Source: Acidobacteriota bacterium (lineage in GTDB: Bacteria; Acidobacteriota; Aminicenantia; Aminicenantales; Aminicenantaceae). Taken from it: a stretch of DNA of 64,000 nt. A program made the position numbers and the translations under genes. The notes beneath the pieces are model-generated. The model searched no databases, was not told the DNA's origin, and worked only from the letters and a program-made list of their open reading frames with translations. Below, one piece after another: positions 27,040 to 37,092 of the stretch. Where the stretch lies: positions 994-64,993 of the forward strand of contig DAOVDI010000001.1 in assembly GCA_030669585.1 (NCBI GenBank). Reading direction: 5' to 3'. Each line of letters begins with the position of its first letter. Positions within the stretch are counted from its first letter, which is position 1.

Positions 27040-28032
27040 ATGAGTAAAGATTCTGATAAAATCGTATTTAGCGGCATGAGGCCCACGGGATCCCCTCATC
27101 TGGGTCACCTTGCCGGCGCGCTGCGCAACTGGCTCAAACTGCAGGAAGAGTACACATGCTACTTCTGTATCGTCACCTGGCATGCATTCAGCTCGGAATA
27201 CCAGAACTCAAAATCCATCCAACAGTTCACTTTTGAATATGCTGTTGACTGGTTAAGCATCGGCCTGGACCCTAACAAATGCGTGATGTTAGTCCAATCG
27301 GATATTAAAGAGCATGCAGAGCTTTTCCTTCTGCTGTCCATGACCATCCCCCTGCCTTGGCTGCAGCGTGTTCCCACCTTCAAGGAAATGCAAAAAACCA
27401 TAAAGGGCAAGGATCTCAATACATTCGGATTTCTGGGATATCCGGTCCTCCAGACAGCGGATATCATTCTCTACAAGGCCAGCTTGGTGCCGGTCGGAGA
27501 GGACCAGGCCTACCACCTGGAACTGGCCAGGGAGATCACCCGCCGGTTCAACCGGTTTTACGGAGAGATCTTTCCTGAACCCCAAATGCTCCTGACAGAA
27601 GTTCCCAAGCTGGCCGGGACAGACGGCCGCAAGATGAGCAACTCGCTCGGAAATATCATCTACCTGAAGGACTCAGCAGAAGTGATCCGCAAAAAGATCA
27701 CACCTATGGTCACTGATGTCCGCCGTAAGAAACGGACCGACCCGGGTGTTCCGGAGGACTGTCCTGTATTCACACTCCACAAAGCCTTTGTCCCTCGGGA
27801 AAAACGGGACGAACTGGCTAAAGGATGCCTGACAGCAGGGATCGGCTGTCTGGATTGCAAGAATGTTCTTATTGAGGCCCTTATCGAACTTCTCTCTCCA
27901 TTCTGGGATAAACGCAGAGAATACATCAAACATCCTGATACTGTCAGGGATATTCTCCAGGAAGGGAACAAAAAAGCCAGAGAGGTTGCAGCAAAAACCA
28001 TGGAGGAGGTCCGCAGGGCCATCGGTATATAA
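27040..28032 (+). CDS. trpS: Tryptophanyl-tRNA synthetase
   Basis: HIGH-like TGSPHLGH and KMSNS motifs. 330 aa. Confidence 0.9.
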   Translation: MSKDSDKIVFSGMRPTGSPHLGHLAGALRNWLKLQEEYTCYFCIVTWHAFSSEYQNSKSIQQFTFEYAVDWLSIGLDPNKCVMLVQSDIKEHAELFLLLSMTIPLPWLQRVPTFKEMQKTIKGKDLNTFGFLGYPVLQTADIILYKASLVPVGEDQAYHLELAREITRRFNRFYGEIFPEPQMLLTEVPKLAGTDGRKMSNSLGNIIYLKDSAEVIRKKITPMVTDVRRKKRTDPGVPEDCPVFTLHKAFVPREKRDELAKGCLTAGIGCLDCKNVLIEALIELLSPFWDKRREYIKHPDTVRDILQEGNKKAREVAAKTMEEVRRAIGI

Positions 28033-28047
28033 ACTCAATTTATTCTT

Positions 28048-28779
28048 ATGGACATGTCACAGACTTACCAGGTTAACCTGGACAATTTCCAGGGTCCGAT
28101 GGATCTTCTTCTTTTCTTGATCCGGAAGAAAAAGATCGATATTCACGACATCCCCATTTCAACCATCACATACGAATACCTGGATTATCTTGAACGAAAG
28201 GACAAGATCAATCTGGAACGCGAAGCAGAATTCCTTGTCATTGCCGCTCTTTTGATCTACATAAAATCTCAAATGCTGCTCCCGCGGGAAACTATGCCGG
28301 AGGAAGACGGAGACCCAAGGCAGATCCTGGTTAACAGGCTTCTGGAATATCAGAAGATCAAGGCCGCCAGTACGCTCCTCAGAGAAAAAGAAGGCCGTGA
28401 ACTGCAGCGCTGGAATAGAAGCGTTCCTCCTCCCCTCCCGAAAGGAGATGATGAAGAAATTATCCTGAAAGAAATCTCTCTTTTTGACCTGGCTGAAACA
28501 TTTTTTTTATTGATGCAGAAGAAAGAGAAAGAAAACATCCATATCATCTCAGGTAAGAACTTTTCCATAGAAGAAAAAACGGAGGAGATAATAGCCGTCC
28601 TGAAAGAGAAAAGTTTTCTCGATTTCGTAGAATATTTTAATAACCAGAAAACTATTGAAGACGCATTGGGAACATTCTTCTGCCTCCTGGAATTGATCAA
28701 GGCCAGGATCGTAGTAGCTTTGCAGGAAAGTCTTTTTAAGCCAATAAAAGTCTGGCTCAGGAAAGGAAGTCCGGCATGA
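28048..28779 (+). CDS. scpA: Segregation and condensation protein A
   Basis: ScpA-like N-terminus (NFQGPMDLLLFLIRKKKIDIHDIPIS). Followed by scpB with a 4-nt overlap. Confidence 0.8.
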   Translation: MDMSQTYQVNLDNFQGPMDLLLFLIRKKKIDIHDIPISTITYEYLDYLERKDKINLEREAEFLVIAALLIYIKSQMLLPRETMPEEDGDPRQILVNRLLEYQKIKAASTLLREKEGRELQRWNRSVPPPLPKGDDEEIILKEISLFDLAETFFLLMQKKEKENIHIISGKNFSIEEKTEEIIAVLKEKSFLDFVEYFNNQKTIEDALGTFFCLLELIKARIVVALQESLFKPIKVWLRKGSPA

Positions 28780-29327
28780 ATTCCACACTGAAAGAGATCA
28801 TCGAAAGCCTGATCTTTATTTCCATGGAGCCGCTTTCCCTAGAAAAGATCAAAGGCGTCCTGACCGATTACCCGGATGCTGAAATCGGGAAAGCCGTGGA
28901 CGAACTCCTGGAAACCTACGGATCCAACGAGTGCGGGATCCAGATGGTTCTCACTGGAGGAGGATATCTGTTTACAACAAAACCCGAACATGACCTCTGG
29001 ATCAGGAAGCTGTTGAGAAATGAACGGAAAAACAGGCTCTCTCCGGCTGCATTGGAAACCCTGTCCGTTATCGCTTACCACCAGCCTGTCACTCTTGCTG
29101 AGATCTCTGCCGTACGAGGAGTCGATGCCAGCCATTCGCTCAAAACACTACTCCTCAAGAGGCTCGTTAAAATAACGGGGAGAAAAAAAGCGCCGGGCAA
29201 ACCTTTGATCTACCGCACATCGGACAAATTCCTCACCTACTTCGGAATTAACGACATCAAAGAACTTCCATCTCAGGAAGAGATCATGAAAATATTGGAT
29301 GAAGAAGAAAAAGATATTGAAGATTAA
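28776..29327 (+). CDS. scpB: Segregation and condensation protein B
   Basis: ScpB-like winged-helix pattern (IIESLIFISMEPLSLEKI...). Confidence 0.8.
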   Translation: MNSTLKEIIESLIFISMEPLSLEKIKGVLTDYPDAEIGKAVDELLETYGSNECGIQMVLTGGGYLFTTKPEHDLWIRKLLRNERKNRLSPAALETLSVIAYHQPVTLAEISAVRGVDASHSLKTLLLKRLVKITGRKKAPGKPLIYRTSDKFLTYFGINDIKELPSQEEIMKILDEEEKDIED

Positions 29328-29343
29328 GAGGTAATTCCTATTC

Positions 29344-30600
29344 ATGAGTGAACATAGGGTTGTTATAACAGGATTGGGCGCTGTAACACCGATCGGTACA
29401 GGTGTAAAGAAATTCTGGGAAGGATTAATAACCGGGCGGAATGGAATCGCGAAAGTCACTCATTTTGATGCGGCGGATTTTCGTTCTAAACTCGCGGCAG
29501 AGGTTAAAGATTTTCGCGCCGGAGAATGGATTGATAAGAAATCGGCAAGGCGTATGGATCGTTTCGCTCAGTTTGCAATCGCCGCATCTGCTATGGCGGT
29601 AGAAGATTCTGGATTGGACTCCTGCTCATTTGACAAAACAAGGGCCGGTGTCATCATCGGCTCCGGGATCGGCGGCTCACAAACGATCGAAGATAGTCAT
29701 TCCAGGCTAGATAAAAAAGGCCCTAAAAGTTTAGATCCGTTTCTTGTATCCAAACTGCTCGTGAATATGGCAGCCTGCATGGTCTCAATTAAATATGGTT
29801 TAAAAGGGCCTCTTTCCGCTCCCTCTGTGGCTTGTTCAACGGGCTCAAACGCCATTGGCGATGCTTTTCGAATTCTTCAGAGAAGAGATGCCGATATCAT
29901 GCTTGCAGGAAGCTCCGAGGCCTGTGTGACACCCCTGGCCTATGGAGGTTTCTGCGCAACACGTTCTATGTCTCAAAACAATTGTGCTGCAAATGCCAGC
30001 AGGCCATTTGATAAAAACCGGGATGGTTTTGTGATGGGAGAAGGGGCCGGAATTGTTGTTTTGGAAAGACTGAAACATGCTCTCAAACGGGGAGCAAGAA
30101 TCTATGCTGAGATCATTGGATACGGCAATACGGCAGATGCCTACCACTTGACGGCGCCAGATCCCCAGGGTGATGGTATGACACGGGTTATGCAAGCGGC
30201 TCTCAAGGACGCTTGTATTGATCCGCAGAAAATAGGATATATCAATGCCCATGGCACATCCACTGTTTTAAATGACAAAAGCGAGAGCGCCGCCATTATA
30301 AAAGTGTTTGGCAAACATGCATACGCCTTAAAGATCAGCTCGATCAAATCAATGATCGGGCATCTGATGGCAGCTTCAGGCGCCGTGGAATTCATCTCGA
30401 CTGTTATGAGTGTCTACACCGGAAAACTCCCCCCGACCATCAATTATAAAGACCCTGACCCTGACTGCCCTCTCGATTATGTAACAAATGGAGTTGAATC
30501 ACTTGATTTTTATGCCACAATGAGTAATTCTTTTGGTTTCGGAGGAGGCAACGCGTGCCTCGTGATTAAAAAATTCGGAACTGCAGATGAAAATTCCTAA
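29344..30600 (+). CDS. fabF: 3-oxoacyl-ACP synthase II
   Basis: KAS-II N-terminus RVVITGLGAVTPIG, catalytic Cys context ACSTGSNAIG and C-terminal GFGGGNA. 418 aa. Confidence 0.9.
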   Translation: MSEHRVVITGLGAVTPIGTGVKKFWEGLITGRNGIAKVTHFDAADFRSKLAAEVKDFRAGEWIDKKSARRMDRFAQFAIAASAMAVEDSGLDSCSFDKTRAGVIIGSGIGGSQTIEDSHSRLDKKGPKSLDPFLVSKLLVNMAACMVSIKYGLKGPLSAPSVACSTGSNAIGDAFRILQRRDADIMLAGSSEACVTPLAYGGFCATRSMSQNNCAANASRPFDKNRDGFVMGEGAGIVVLERLKHALKRGARIYAEIIGYGNTADAYHLTAPDPQGDGMTRVMQAALKDACIDPQKIGYINAHGTSTVLNDKSESAAIIKVFGKHAYALKISSIKSMIGHLMAASGAVEFISTVMSVYTGKLPPTINYKDPDPDCPLDYVTNGVESLDFYATMSNSFGFGGGNACLVIKKFGTADENS

Positions 30601-31660
30601 ACTTCAGATAGGAAGTATTACAGCAAGTATTCCTATTGTCCAGGGCGGCATGGGAGTCAGGGTTTCCCTGGCTTCCCTGGCCTCAGCAGTAGCAAACGAG
30701 GGAGGAATCGGTACGATCTCCAGTATTGGACTCGGGGATCCTGAGACTTCAAAACAGGAGTATGAAAGAGAATCGCGAGAAGCACTCATAAACGAAATCC
30801 GCAAAGCCAAAAAAATGACAGACGGCCATCTCGCAGTAAACTTCATGGGTGTGCTCAGTAATGTAAATGATCTAATCAAAGCCTCAATAAAGGAAGACAT
30901 TAAAATGATCGTTTTTGGCGCCGGGCTACCTACAAAACTTCCGGCTCTAGTCCAAGATCCCAGTGTCAACCTTGTACCCATCATCAGTTCTGCCAGAGTT
31001 GCAGAATTAATCCTGCGGACGTGGGACAAACGGTATGAAAGAACTGCCGATGGGCTGATCCTTGAAGGCCCCCTGGCAGGAGGACATCTCGGTTTCTCCG
31101 AAGAACAGTTGGAACATCCGGAGGAATATTCCCTGGAAAAACTTCTACCTGACGTCCTGGAAGTCATTAAAACATATGAAGATAAATATGGAAGGAAAAT
31201 ACCGGTTATCACCGCAGGAGGTATTTATAACGGAGAAGACATTGCGCGGATGTTTTCCATTGGCGCTTCAGGCGTTCAGATGGGTACTCGTTTTGTCTGT
31301 ACCGAAGAGTGCGCTGTTTCGCAGGAATTCAAGCAAGCCTATCTGGATGCCAAAAAAGAGGACATCATTATTATAAAAAGCCCTGTTGGTATGCCTGGCA
31401 GGGCCATTAATAATCGTTTCTTAAAGAATCTTGAAGCGAAAGGAAGGCTGAAGATAAAATGTTTTTTTCGATGTCTTACAGCCTGTCATGTCGATAAAGC
31501 AAAATATTGTATTGCCCTGGCCCTTTTGAATGCCTATGCAGGTGATGTGGATAACGGCCTCATTTTCTGCGGCCAGAATGCATATCGTATTCATAAGATC
31601 GTGACGGTTAAAAAACTCATTCAAGAACTTCTCGCGGAGTTAAAAATGGTCCCAGCCTGA
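30587..31660 (+). CDS. fabK: Enoyl-ACP reductase FabK / nitronate monooxygenase-family FMN oxidoreductase
   Basis: NMO family (IVQGGMG...). Overlaps the fabF stop, which supports a FabK role. Confidence 0.6.
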   Translation: MKIPKLQIGSITASIPIVQGGMGVRVSLASLASAVANEGGIGTISSIGLGDPETSKQEYERESREALINEIRKAKKMTDGHLAVNFMGVLSNVNDLIKASIKEDIKMIVFGAGLPTKLPALVQDPSVNLVPIISSARVAELILRTWDKRYERTADGLILEGPLAGGHLGFSEEQLEHPEEYSLEKLLPDVLEVIKTYEDKYGRKIPVITAGGIYNGEDIARMFSIGASGVQMGTRFVCTEECAVSQEFKQAYLDAKKEDIIIIKSPVGMPGRAINNRFLKNLEAKGRLKIKCFFRCLTACHVDKAKYCIALALLNAYAGDVDNGLIFCGQNAYRIHKIVTVKKLIQELLAELKMVPA

Positions 31661-32644
31661 GGCTTTGATTGGCCGCTCCTCCCCTCCTCTGTTCCTCAGA
31701 AAAATATCTTTCCCGGTCATAATCTCCCCAAGACAAAACAAAGGGCGCCCGAATTTATTCTGAAAGATTTTTTCCAGTGCATCCGATTTATTATTCCGGA
31801 CAGTGAAAAGCAGTTTATAATCTTCTCCACCAGATAAGATGATGTCCAACGGTTTTTTCTTTGTGGTTTCCGCAAACACTTTCAGTTCATCCGAGACAGG
31901 AAGATCCTTCTCATAAAGCAAGGCGCCGCAGCCGCTTTCCCTGCAGATATGGCCCAGATCACTTGAGATCCCATCCGAAACATCAATGCAGGACGTTACA
32001 TCTCCTGTTTCAGCCAAAAAAGCTCCTTCTGCAATATAGACTTCAGGTAAAAGATGGGTTTTGACCAGATATTTTTTTACAGTTTCATCTAAATCTACAT
32101 CTTTAATAAGAACCTCCAATCCGGCGGCAGATTCTCCCAGATATCCATTAACATAGATTTTATCTCCAGCCTGAGCGCCGCCCCGGTACAGGAGGCTGGA
32201 TTCTTTTGCTTCTCCGGTCAGAGCGATATTCAATACAAGATCATTCTTTGAACCGGTTGTGTCTCCTCCCAGCACATTAACATGATATCGCCGTCCCAGA
32301 GACATAATTCCCGCATACAGCTCATCCAAAAACTTGACTGTAATTCTTTCTGGAACAGCAATAGACAGAAAGGCATTCAAGGGCTTTCCCCCCATGGCGG
32401 CAATGTCACTCAGGTTGACTGCCAAGGTTTTATAGCCTAACTCAAAGGGCGTGATCCGATCCAGAAGAAAATGGACATTCTCCACCAGCATATCAGTGGT
32501 GAAAAGGATTGCTTTGTCTTCTCCCCCTCCCTTATAAACAGCGCAGTCATCTCCGATGGCTTTGATGATCCCTTTTTTTGTGATCTGGCAAAGCGTTTTT
32601 ACTCGGTCGATAAAACCGAATTCACCGATGTCTTTAAGCTTCAT
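31640..32644 (-). CDS. thiL: Thiamine-monophosphate kinase. The start is revised to the ATG at 32644. The ORF-track N-terminal 46 aa would lie inside thiE.
   Basis: From M47 the protein aligns with the ThiL N-terminus (MKLKDIGEFGFIDR...IGDDCAV). Convergent with fabK, overlapping by 21 nt. Confidence 0.8.
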   Translation of the reverse strand: MKLKDIGEFGFIDRVKTLCQITKKGIIKAIGDDCAVYKGGGEDKAILFTTDMLVENVHFLLDRITPFELGYKTLAVNLSDIAAMGGKPLNAFLSIAVPERITVKFLDELYAGIMSLGRRYHVNVLGGDTTGSKNDLVLNIALTGEAKESSLLYRGGAQAGDKIYVNGYLGESAAGLEVLIKDVDLDETVKKYLVKTHLLPEVYIAEGAFLAETGDVTSCIDVSDGISSDLGHICRESGCGALLYEKDLPVSDELKVFAETTKKKPLDIILSGGEDYKLLFTVRNNKSDALEKIFQNKFGRPLFCLGEIMTGKDIFLRNRGGEERPIKASGWDHF

Positions 32645-33284
32645 TTCGTTTTTGTTTCCCTTTTCTGACCTCAGAAATGAGCGCTCTTGCCGCAAGTCCG
32701 GGATCCGGAACTGAGCAGATGGCAGACACGACAGCAATCCCATCAGCTCCGGATTCAACGGCAGCCCTGCAGTTAGAGACATTTATCCCCCCGATGGCTA
32801 CAAGAGGCAGCTTGCTTACCCTGCGTATTTCCCGCAGCCCTTCCAGGCCAAGACTTGTTTCCAGTTCAGGCTTGGTTGGAGTGGTAAAGATCGGGCTGAC
32901 TCCCAAGTAATCGGCTCCAAGCCTTGAAGCAGCAATGGCATCCTTCACACTTTCTGCTGACAGTCCGATGATCTTGTCCGGGCCCAGGATCTCCCTGGCC
33001 TTCTCATAAGGCATATCGCTTTTTCCCAGATGAACCCCTTCCGTATTCAGGGCCAGCGCAATATCAATCCTGTCGTTGATGATCAGGGGGACAGACGTCC
33101 CTTGCAGGATCTTTCGGATCTCTACAGCGATCTCCAGAAACTCTCTGGTCGAAGCATTCTTTTCTCTCAACTGCACCAGGGTCACACCTCCTGCCACAGC
33201 CTCCTTAACGACTTGAATAAGATCTCTTCCCAGGCACAGCGGCTGGTCTGTGACAAGGTAGAGCGAATAATCTATGTTTTTCAT
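32634..33284 (-). CDS. thiE: Thiamine-phosphate synthase
   Basis: 216 aa with the ThiE pattern (YLVTD...VQLREK...GADYLGVSPIFTT). Confidence 0.9.
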   Translation of the reverse strand: MKNIDYSLYLVTDQPLCLGRDLIQVVKEAVAGGVTLVQLREKNASTREFLEIAVEIRKILQGTSVPLIINDRIDIALALNTEGVHLGKSDMPYEKAREILGPDKIIGLSAESVKDAIAASRLGADYLGVSPIFTTPTKPELETSLGLEGLREIRRVSKLPLVAIGGINVSNCRAAVESGADGIAVVSAICSVPDPGLAARALISEVRKGKQKRNEA

Positions 33285-34099
33285 CAGACATCCTGAATGA
33301 TCCTGATACCCTGCTCAAAGCCCTTCCTATCGATAAGGTAGAGATGATCCAGAAGCTTCACCTGAAAGGTACCGGGAGCATTTGTTTCTACTGCCGCCTT
33401 CTCACCGGCCAGGCCGAAATAGGCCAGACCTTCAGCTGCAGAGGTCATAGGATCCGAATTGACCGCATGGAAAGCTGCGATTACTGCGGTAGCCGTACAG
33501 CCTGTCCCGGTCACCATCCCCATCATCTGATGCCCGTTAACAACTCTGAATGTTGAAGTTCCGTCCGTGATAAGGTCGACCTTGCCGGTTATTGCAAGAA
33601 CAGTCTGCAGTTCCCGCGCCAGGATCTTTCCGGCATCCGCAGCTTCATCCACAGAATGGAGGGAATCAACTCCCTTGGTCTTTGACCGCTCATCAGCCAG
33701 AGACAGGATTTCGGATGCATTCCCCCGGATAATACTGACTTCAATCTTGTTTAAAATCCTCTTTGCCGAATTTGTTCTCAATCGGGTCGCACCTGACCCG
33801 ACCGGATCAAGAATGACGGGAATATCCATTTCATTGGCTTTTTTTCCCGCAATTATCATGGAATCCACCCAGTAGGATGTAAGGGTTCCAATATTTAAAA
33901 CCAGAGCGCCTGCAATTGATGTCAGTTCTTCCACCTCTTCATGGGCATGAGCCATAATAGGCGAAGCCCCGGCAGCCAATAGGGCCATGGCCGTGTAATT
34001 CATGACGACATAATTTGTGATATTGTGAATAAGAGGCTTTTTTCTCCTCAACAGTTCCAGATGATCAACCGCATCCTTTTTCAATTTATCCAAAGTCAT
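33284..34099 (-). CDS. thiM: Hydroxyethylthiazole kinase
   Basis: ThiM pattern (PLIHNITNYVVMN...). First gene of the thiM-thiE-thiL operon. Confidence 0.85.
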   Translation of the reverse strand: MTLDKLKKDAVDHLELLRRKKPLIHNITNYVVMNYTAMALLAAGASPIMAHAHEEVEELTSIAGALVLNIGTLTSYWVDSMIIAGKKANEMDIPVILDPVGSGATRLRTNSAKRILNKIEVSIIRGNASEILSLADERSKTKGVDSLHSVDEAADAGKILARELQTVLAITGKVDLITDGTSTFRVVNGHQMMGMVTGTGCTATAVIAAFHAVNSDPMTSAAEGLAYFGLAGEKAAVETNAPGTFQVKLLDHLYLIDRKGFEQGIRIIQDV

Positions 34100-34315
34100 A
34101 TCAATCCTCCAAGTTAACGTGACTTTATCCTACAGAGGATTTTTGTTTTAATCAACCCGACACAGATCCCGGCATTTACAATTCAAGTTCTTTGAAGTCG
34201 GGACCGGAACTTCCCTTTCTCCACCAAAACAACCCTAAGTTCAAATTTTACCTGTATTTAGGTTGACAAAAAGGGGGAATTTTGTATAGACTATCGTTTT
34301 CACTTTTGGACAAAA

Positions 34316-35194
34316 ATGAAGATTAAAATCGCAAAAGACTGTGGACTCTGCTATGGAGTTAAAAGAGCCCTCCGTATGGCCCAGGACACACGAAAACACA
34401 CGACCGGAAAAGTGGTCACTCTGGGCGCTTTGATCCATAATCCACAGGTGATCTCATACCTGGAAAAACAAGCCATCTTCTCCATTCAAAGTCCGGATGA
34501 TACAGAATCAGGAACGGTCGTCATACGGAGCCACGGAATTTCACCTGAAATATACGAACGGCTGAAAAAGAAAAATATCAAGATCGTAGATGCCACATGT
34601 CCGATCGTTCAAAAGATCCAGCAGCGGGTTAACAACCTGGCAAAAGAAGGTGAAGAGATTATTATCGTCGGCAATAAAAAACATCCGGAATCCATTGGGC
34701 TGATCGGATACAGCCGGGGAAAAGGCATCATCATCGAAAGCGAAGAACAGGTAAAAAAACTGCCAAAAAGAACAACAAGGGCTGTTCTGGCTCAATCAAC
34801 ACAGGATCCGTTTCTATTTGAAAGGATTGTCACCACCCTAAAAAAAAGAACCGGAGAGCTGAAAATTTTTAATACCATATGCCAGTCAACTCAGACACAA
34901 CAGAAAGCCACGTCCGAACTGGCAGAAGAGGTCGACATACTTTTTGTCATCGGAGGAAAAAACAGTTCCAATACAAACAAACTTTATCATGTCTCCAAGA
35001 GAATACTGCCAAACACATATTTTATAGAAAAGGCAGAAGAAATCACACCTGAAATGCTTCAGGGTTCAAAAATAATAGGCCTGTCCGGAGGCGCATCCAC
35101 ACCTCCGGAAGCCATTCAAGAAGCTGTGGTTAAAATCAAATCCTGCTTCGAATATCAAATTCACACAGAAAAGGATATCCAATGTCAGAGTTAA
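34316..35194 (+). CDS. ispH: 4-hydroxy-3-methylbut-2-enyl diphosphate reductase
   Basis: The IspH/LytB N-terminus carries the first of its conserved cysteines (CGLCYGVKRA). Confidence 0.85.
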   Translation: MKIKIAKDCGLCYGVKRALRMAQDTRKHTTGKVVTLGALIHNPQVISYLEKQAIFSIQSPDDTESGTVVIRSHGISPEIYERLKKKNIKIVDATCPIVQKIQQRVNNLAKEGEEIIIVGNKKHPESIGLIGYSRGKGIIIESEEQVKKLPKRTTRAVLAQSTQDPFLFERIVTTLKKRTGELKIFNTICQSTQTQQKATSELAEEVDILFVIGGKNSSNTNKLYHVSKRILPNTYFIEKAEEITPEMLQGSKIIGLSGGASTPPEAIQEAVVKIKSCFEYQIHTEKDIQCQS

Positions 35195-37092
35195 AAAAAG
35201 ACCAAGAGAACGAAGAAGAACTCTCACCCCAAGATTACGAAAAACTGCTCGATCAATACCAATTTGATGTCAAAGAATTGACACCGGGAAGCCTGGTCAA
35301 GGGAAAAATCGTTAAAATTACAGAGGCGTATGTTCTGGTCGACATCGGCTTCAAGTCAGAAGGGATCATTCCCCTCGAGGAATTCGGCCTTCCCGAAGAA
35401 AGAGACGAGATCAACGCTGGAGACGAGATCGAGGCGGTCCTGGTAAAATCAGACCATAAAGAAGGCTATCTGATCCTGTCTAAAAAGAGGGCCGCGGCAA
35501 ATCGCGCCCTGGGAAACCTGGAAAAAGCCTATCATACAAAAAGCTGGATCATCGGTAAGATCGATGAAAAGATCAGGAACGGCTATATTGTCGATGTGGG
35601 TATAAAGACATTTATGCCCGATTCTCATGCAGATGTGAAAATAGTCAAAGACCCCAGCATACTTATCGGCAACCGATATAAATTCAAGGTTATTAAATTC
35701 GACCGCAAGAGTGAAAACGCCATGCTTTCACGCAAACTGTTCCTTCAGGATGAACATGAAAAGAAAAAGCAGCAAGTTTACGAACAGCTCCGCAAAGGCA
35801 TCACACTGAAGGGCACTATCAAAAGCCTGACAAATTTCGGAGCGTTTGTGGATATCGGAGGCGTTGAAGGGCTTCTTCACATCTCGGATATGTCCTGGGG
35901 AAAGATCGGTCACCCCTCTGAGCTTTTTAAGACCGGACAGGAGATCGAAGTCATTGTGTTGAACTTTCACGAAAAAGAGGACAGGATATCGCTCGGCTAT
36001 AAACAGCTGACCTCCAACCCATGGGATACAATCTTTGAAAGATATATCGAAGGTCAAAAACTTCTTGGAAAAGTCGTCAGCCTGACGGATTTCGGCGCTT
36101 TTGTGGAACTTGAAAAGGGTGTTGAGGGCCTGGTCCATATATCAGACCTGACCTGGTCCCGAAAATTGATCCATCCCAAAAAGGTGCTCTCCATCGGGGA
36201 AGAAGTGTTGGTGACTATCCTTTCCCTCAACCCGGAAACAAAAAGAATCTCTTTAGGGCTCAAGCAGAGCTCGCCCCATCCATTAGAGGAGTTCCGCCAG
36301 AAATACAGCCCTGGTTCCCGTGTTTCAGGAAAGATTACCAGTATCACGGATTTCGGCGCTTTTCTTGAAGTCGATAAAGGAATCGAAGGGCTTATTCACA
36401 TCTCGGATATCAGCTGGAAAAGAATCAAACATCCTTCTTCCGTCCTCAAGGTTGGAGATGAAACCGATGCTATCATCCTGAGCATCGATGTGGACAAACA
36501 GAAACTTTCTCTGGGCATTAAACAGCTCGAAGGCGATATATGGGAGGATTTTTTCACCCGCCAAAAAGTCGGAGACCTGGTAAATGTCAAGATCATCCGA
36601 ATCGCTGATTTTGGAGTATTCGTAGAAATCACTCCGGGGATCGAAGGTGTTGTTTTTCTCTCCGAGCTGGATGAGCAGAAGATCGATAACCCAGCAGAAG
36701 TCTTTAAAGTGGGAGACGAAAAACTGGCTAAAATCCTCAAACTGAGCCAGCAGGATAAAAAGATCTCTCTCAGTTTCAGGCAAGGACAGCTCGATACTCA
36801 AAAAATCGAATACCAGAAGTATTCCAACAGTCAAGAGAGCACATTAACCCTGGGAGATCTCATGAAAGACCAGCTCGGGAACCTTGAAACCTCTATTAAA
36901 AAGAACGCCTCTAAAAAAGAAACAAAGAAAGAAACAACAAAAAAGCCTATTAAAAAGGCAAAAAAAGAAAATAAGGGAAAAGACACAAAAAAAGAAATTA
37001 AGAAGACAACAACAACAAAACCAAAAAAAGAAACAAAAAAGGATAGCAAAAAAGAAATTAAGAAGAAGGAGGATAAAGGTGATAAAAGCTGA
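35182..37092 (+). CDS. rpsA: 30S ribosomal protein S1 with six S1 domains plus a roughly 70-aa lysine/threonine-rich low-complexity C-terminal tail
   Basis: Repeated S1-domain motifs (FGAFVDIGGVEGLLHISD and similar, six times). The tail reads KKETKKETTKKPIKKAKKENKGKDTKKEIKK.... Confidence 0.9.
   Translation: MSELKKDQENEEELSPQDYEKLLDQYQFDVKELTPGSLVKGKIVKITEAYVLVDIGFKSEGIIPLEEFGLPEERDEINAGDEIEAVLVKSDHKEGYLILSKKRAAANRALGNLEKAYHTKSWIIGKIDEKIRNGYIVDVGIKTFMPDSHADVKIVKDPSILIGNRYKFKVIKFDRKSENAMLSRKLFLQDEHEKKKQQVYEQLRKGITLKGTIKSLTNFGAFVDIGGVEGLLHISDMSWGKIGHPSELFKTGQEIEVIVLNFHEKEDRISLGYKQLTSNPWDTIFERYIEGQKLLGKVVSLTDFGAFVELEKGVEGLVHISDLTWSRKLIHPKKVLSIGEEVLVTILSLNPETKRISLGLKQSSPHPLEEFRQKYSPGSRVSGKITSITDFGAFLEVDKGIEGLIHISDISWKRIKHPSSVLKVGDETDAIILSIDVDKQKLSLGIKQLEGDIWEDFFTRQKVGDLVNVKIIRIADFGVFVEITPGIEGVVFLSELDEQKIDNPAEVFKVGDEKLAKILKLSQQDKKISLSFRQGQLDTQKIEYQKYSNSQESTLTLGDLMKDQLGNLETSIKKNASKKETKKETTKKPIKKAKKENKGKDTKKEIKKTTTTKPKKETKKDSKKEIKKKEDKGDKS

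Noticed and set aside
34100-34315. TPP riboswitch upstream of thiM
   Set aside because: The THI-box core (CUGAGA, CCUGAUCUGGAUAAUGCC) is absent on both strands. The sequence has only loose AAUGCC-like resemblance.
36884-37078. ATG at 36884 as the start of the HU/IHF gene (ORF track, 157 aa)
   Set aside because: That start would produce a 65-aa lysine-rich N-terminal extension translated out of frame from the rpsA tail. The GTG at 37079 with AGGAGG 8 nt upstream gives a canonical 92-aa HU-fold protein.
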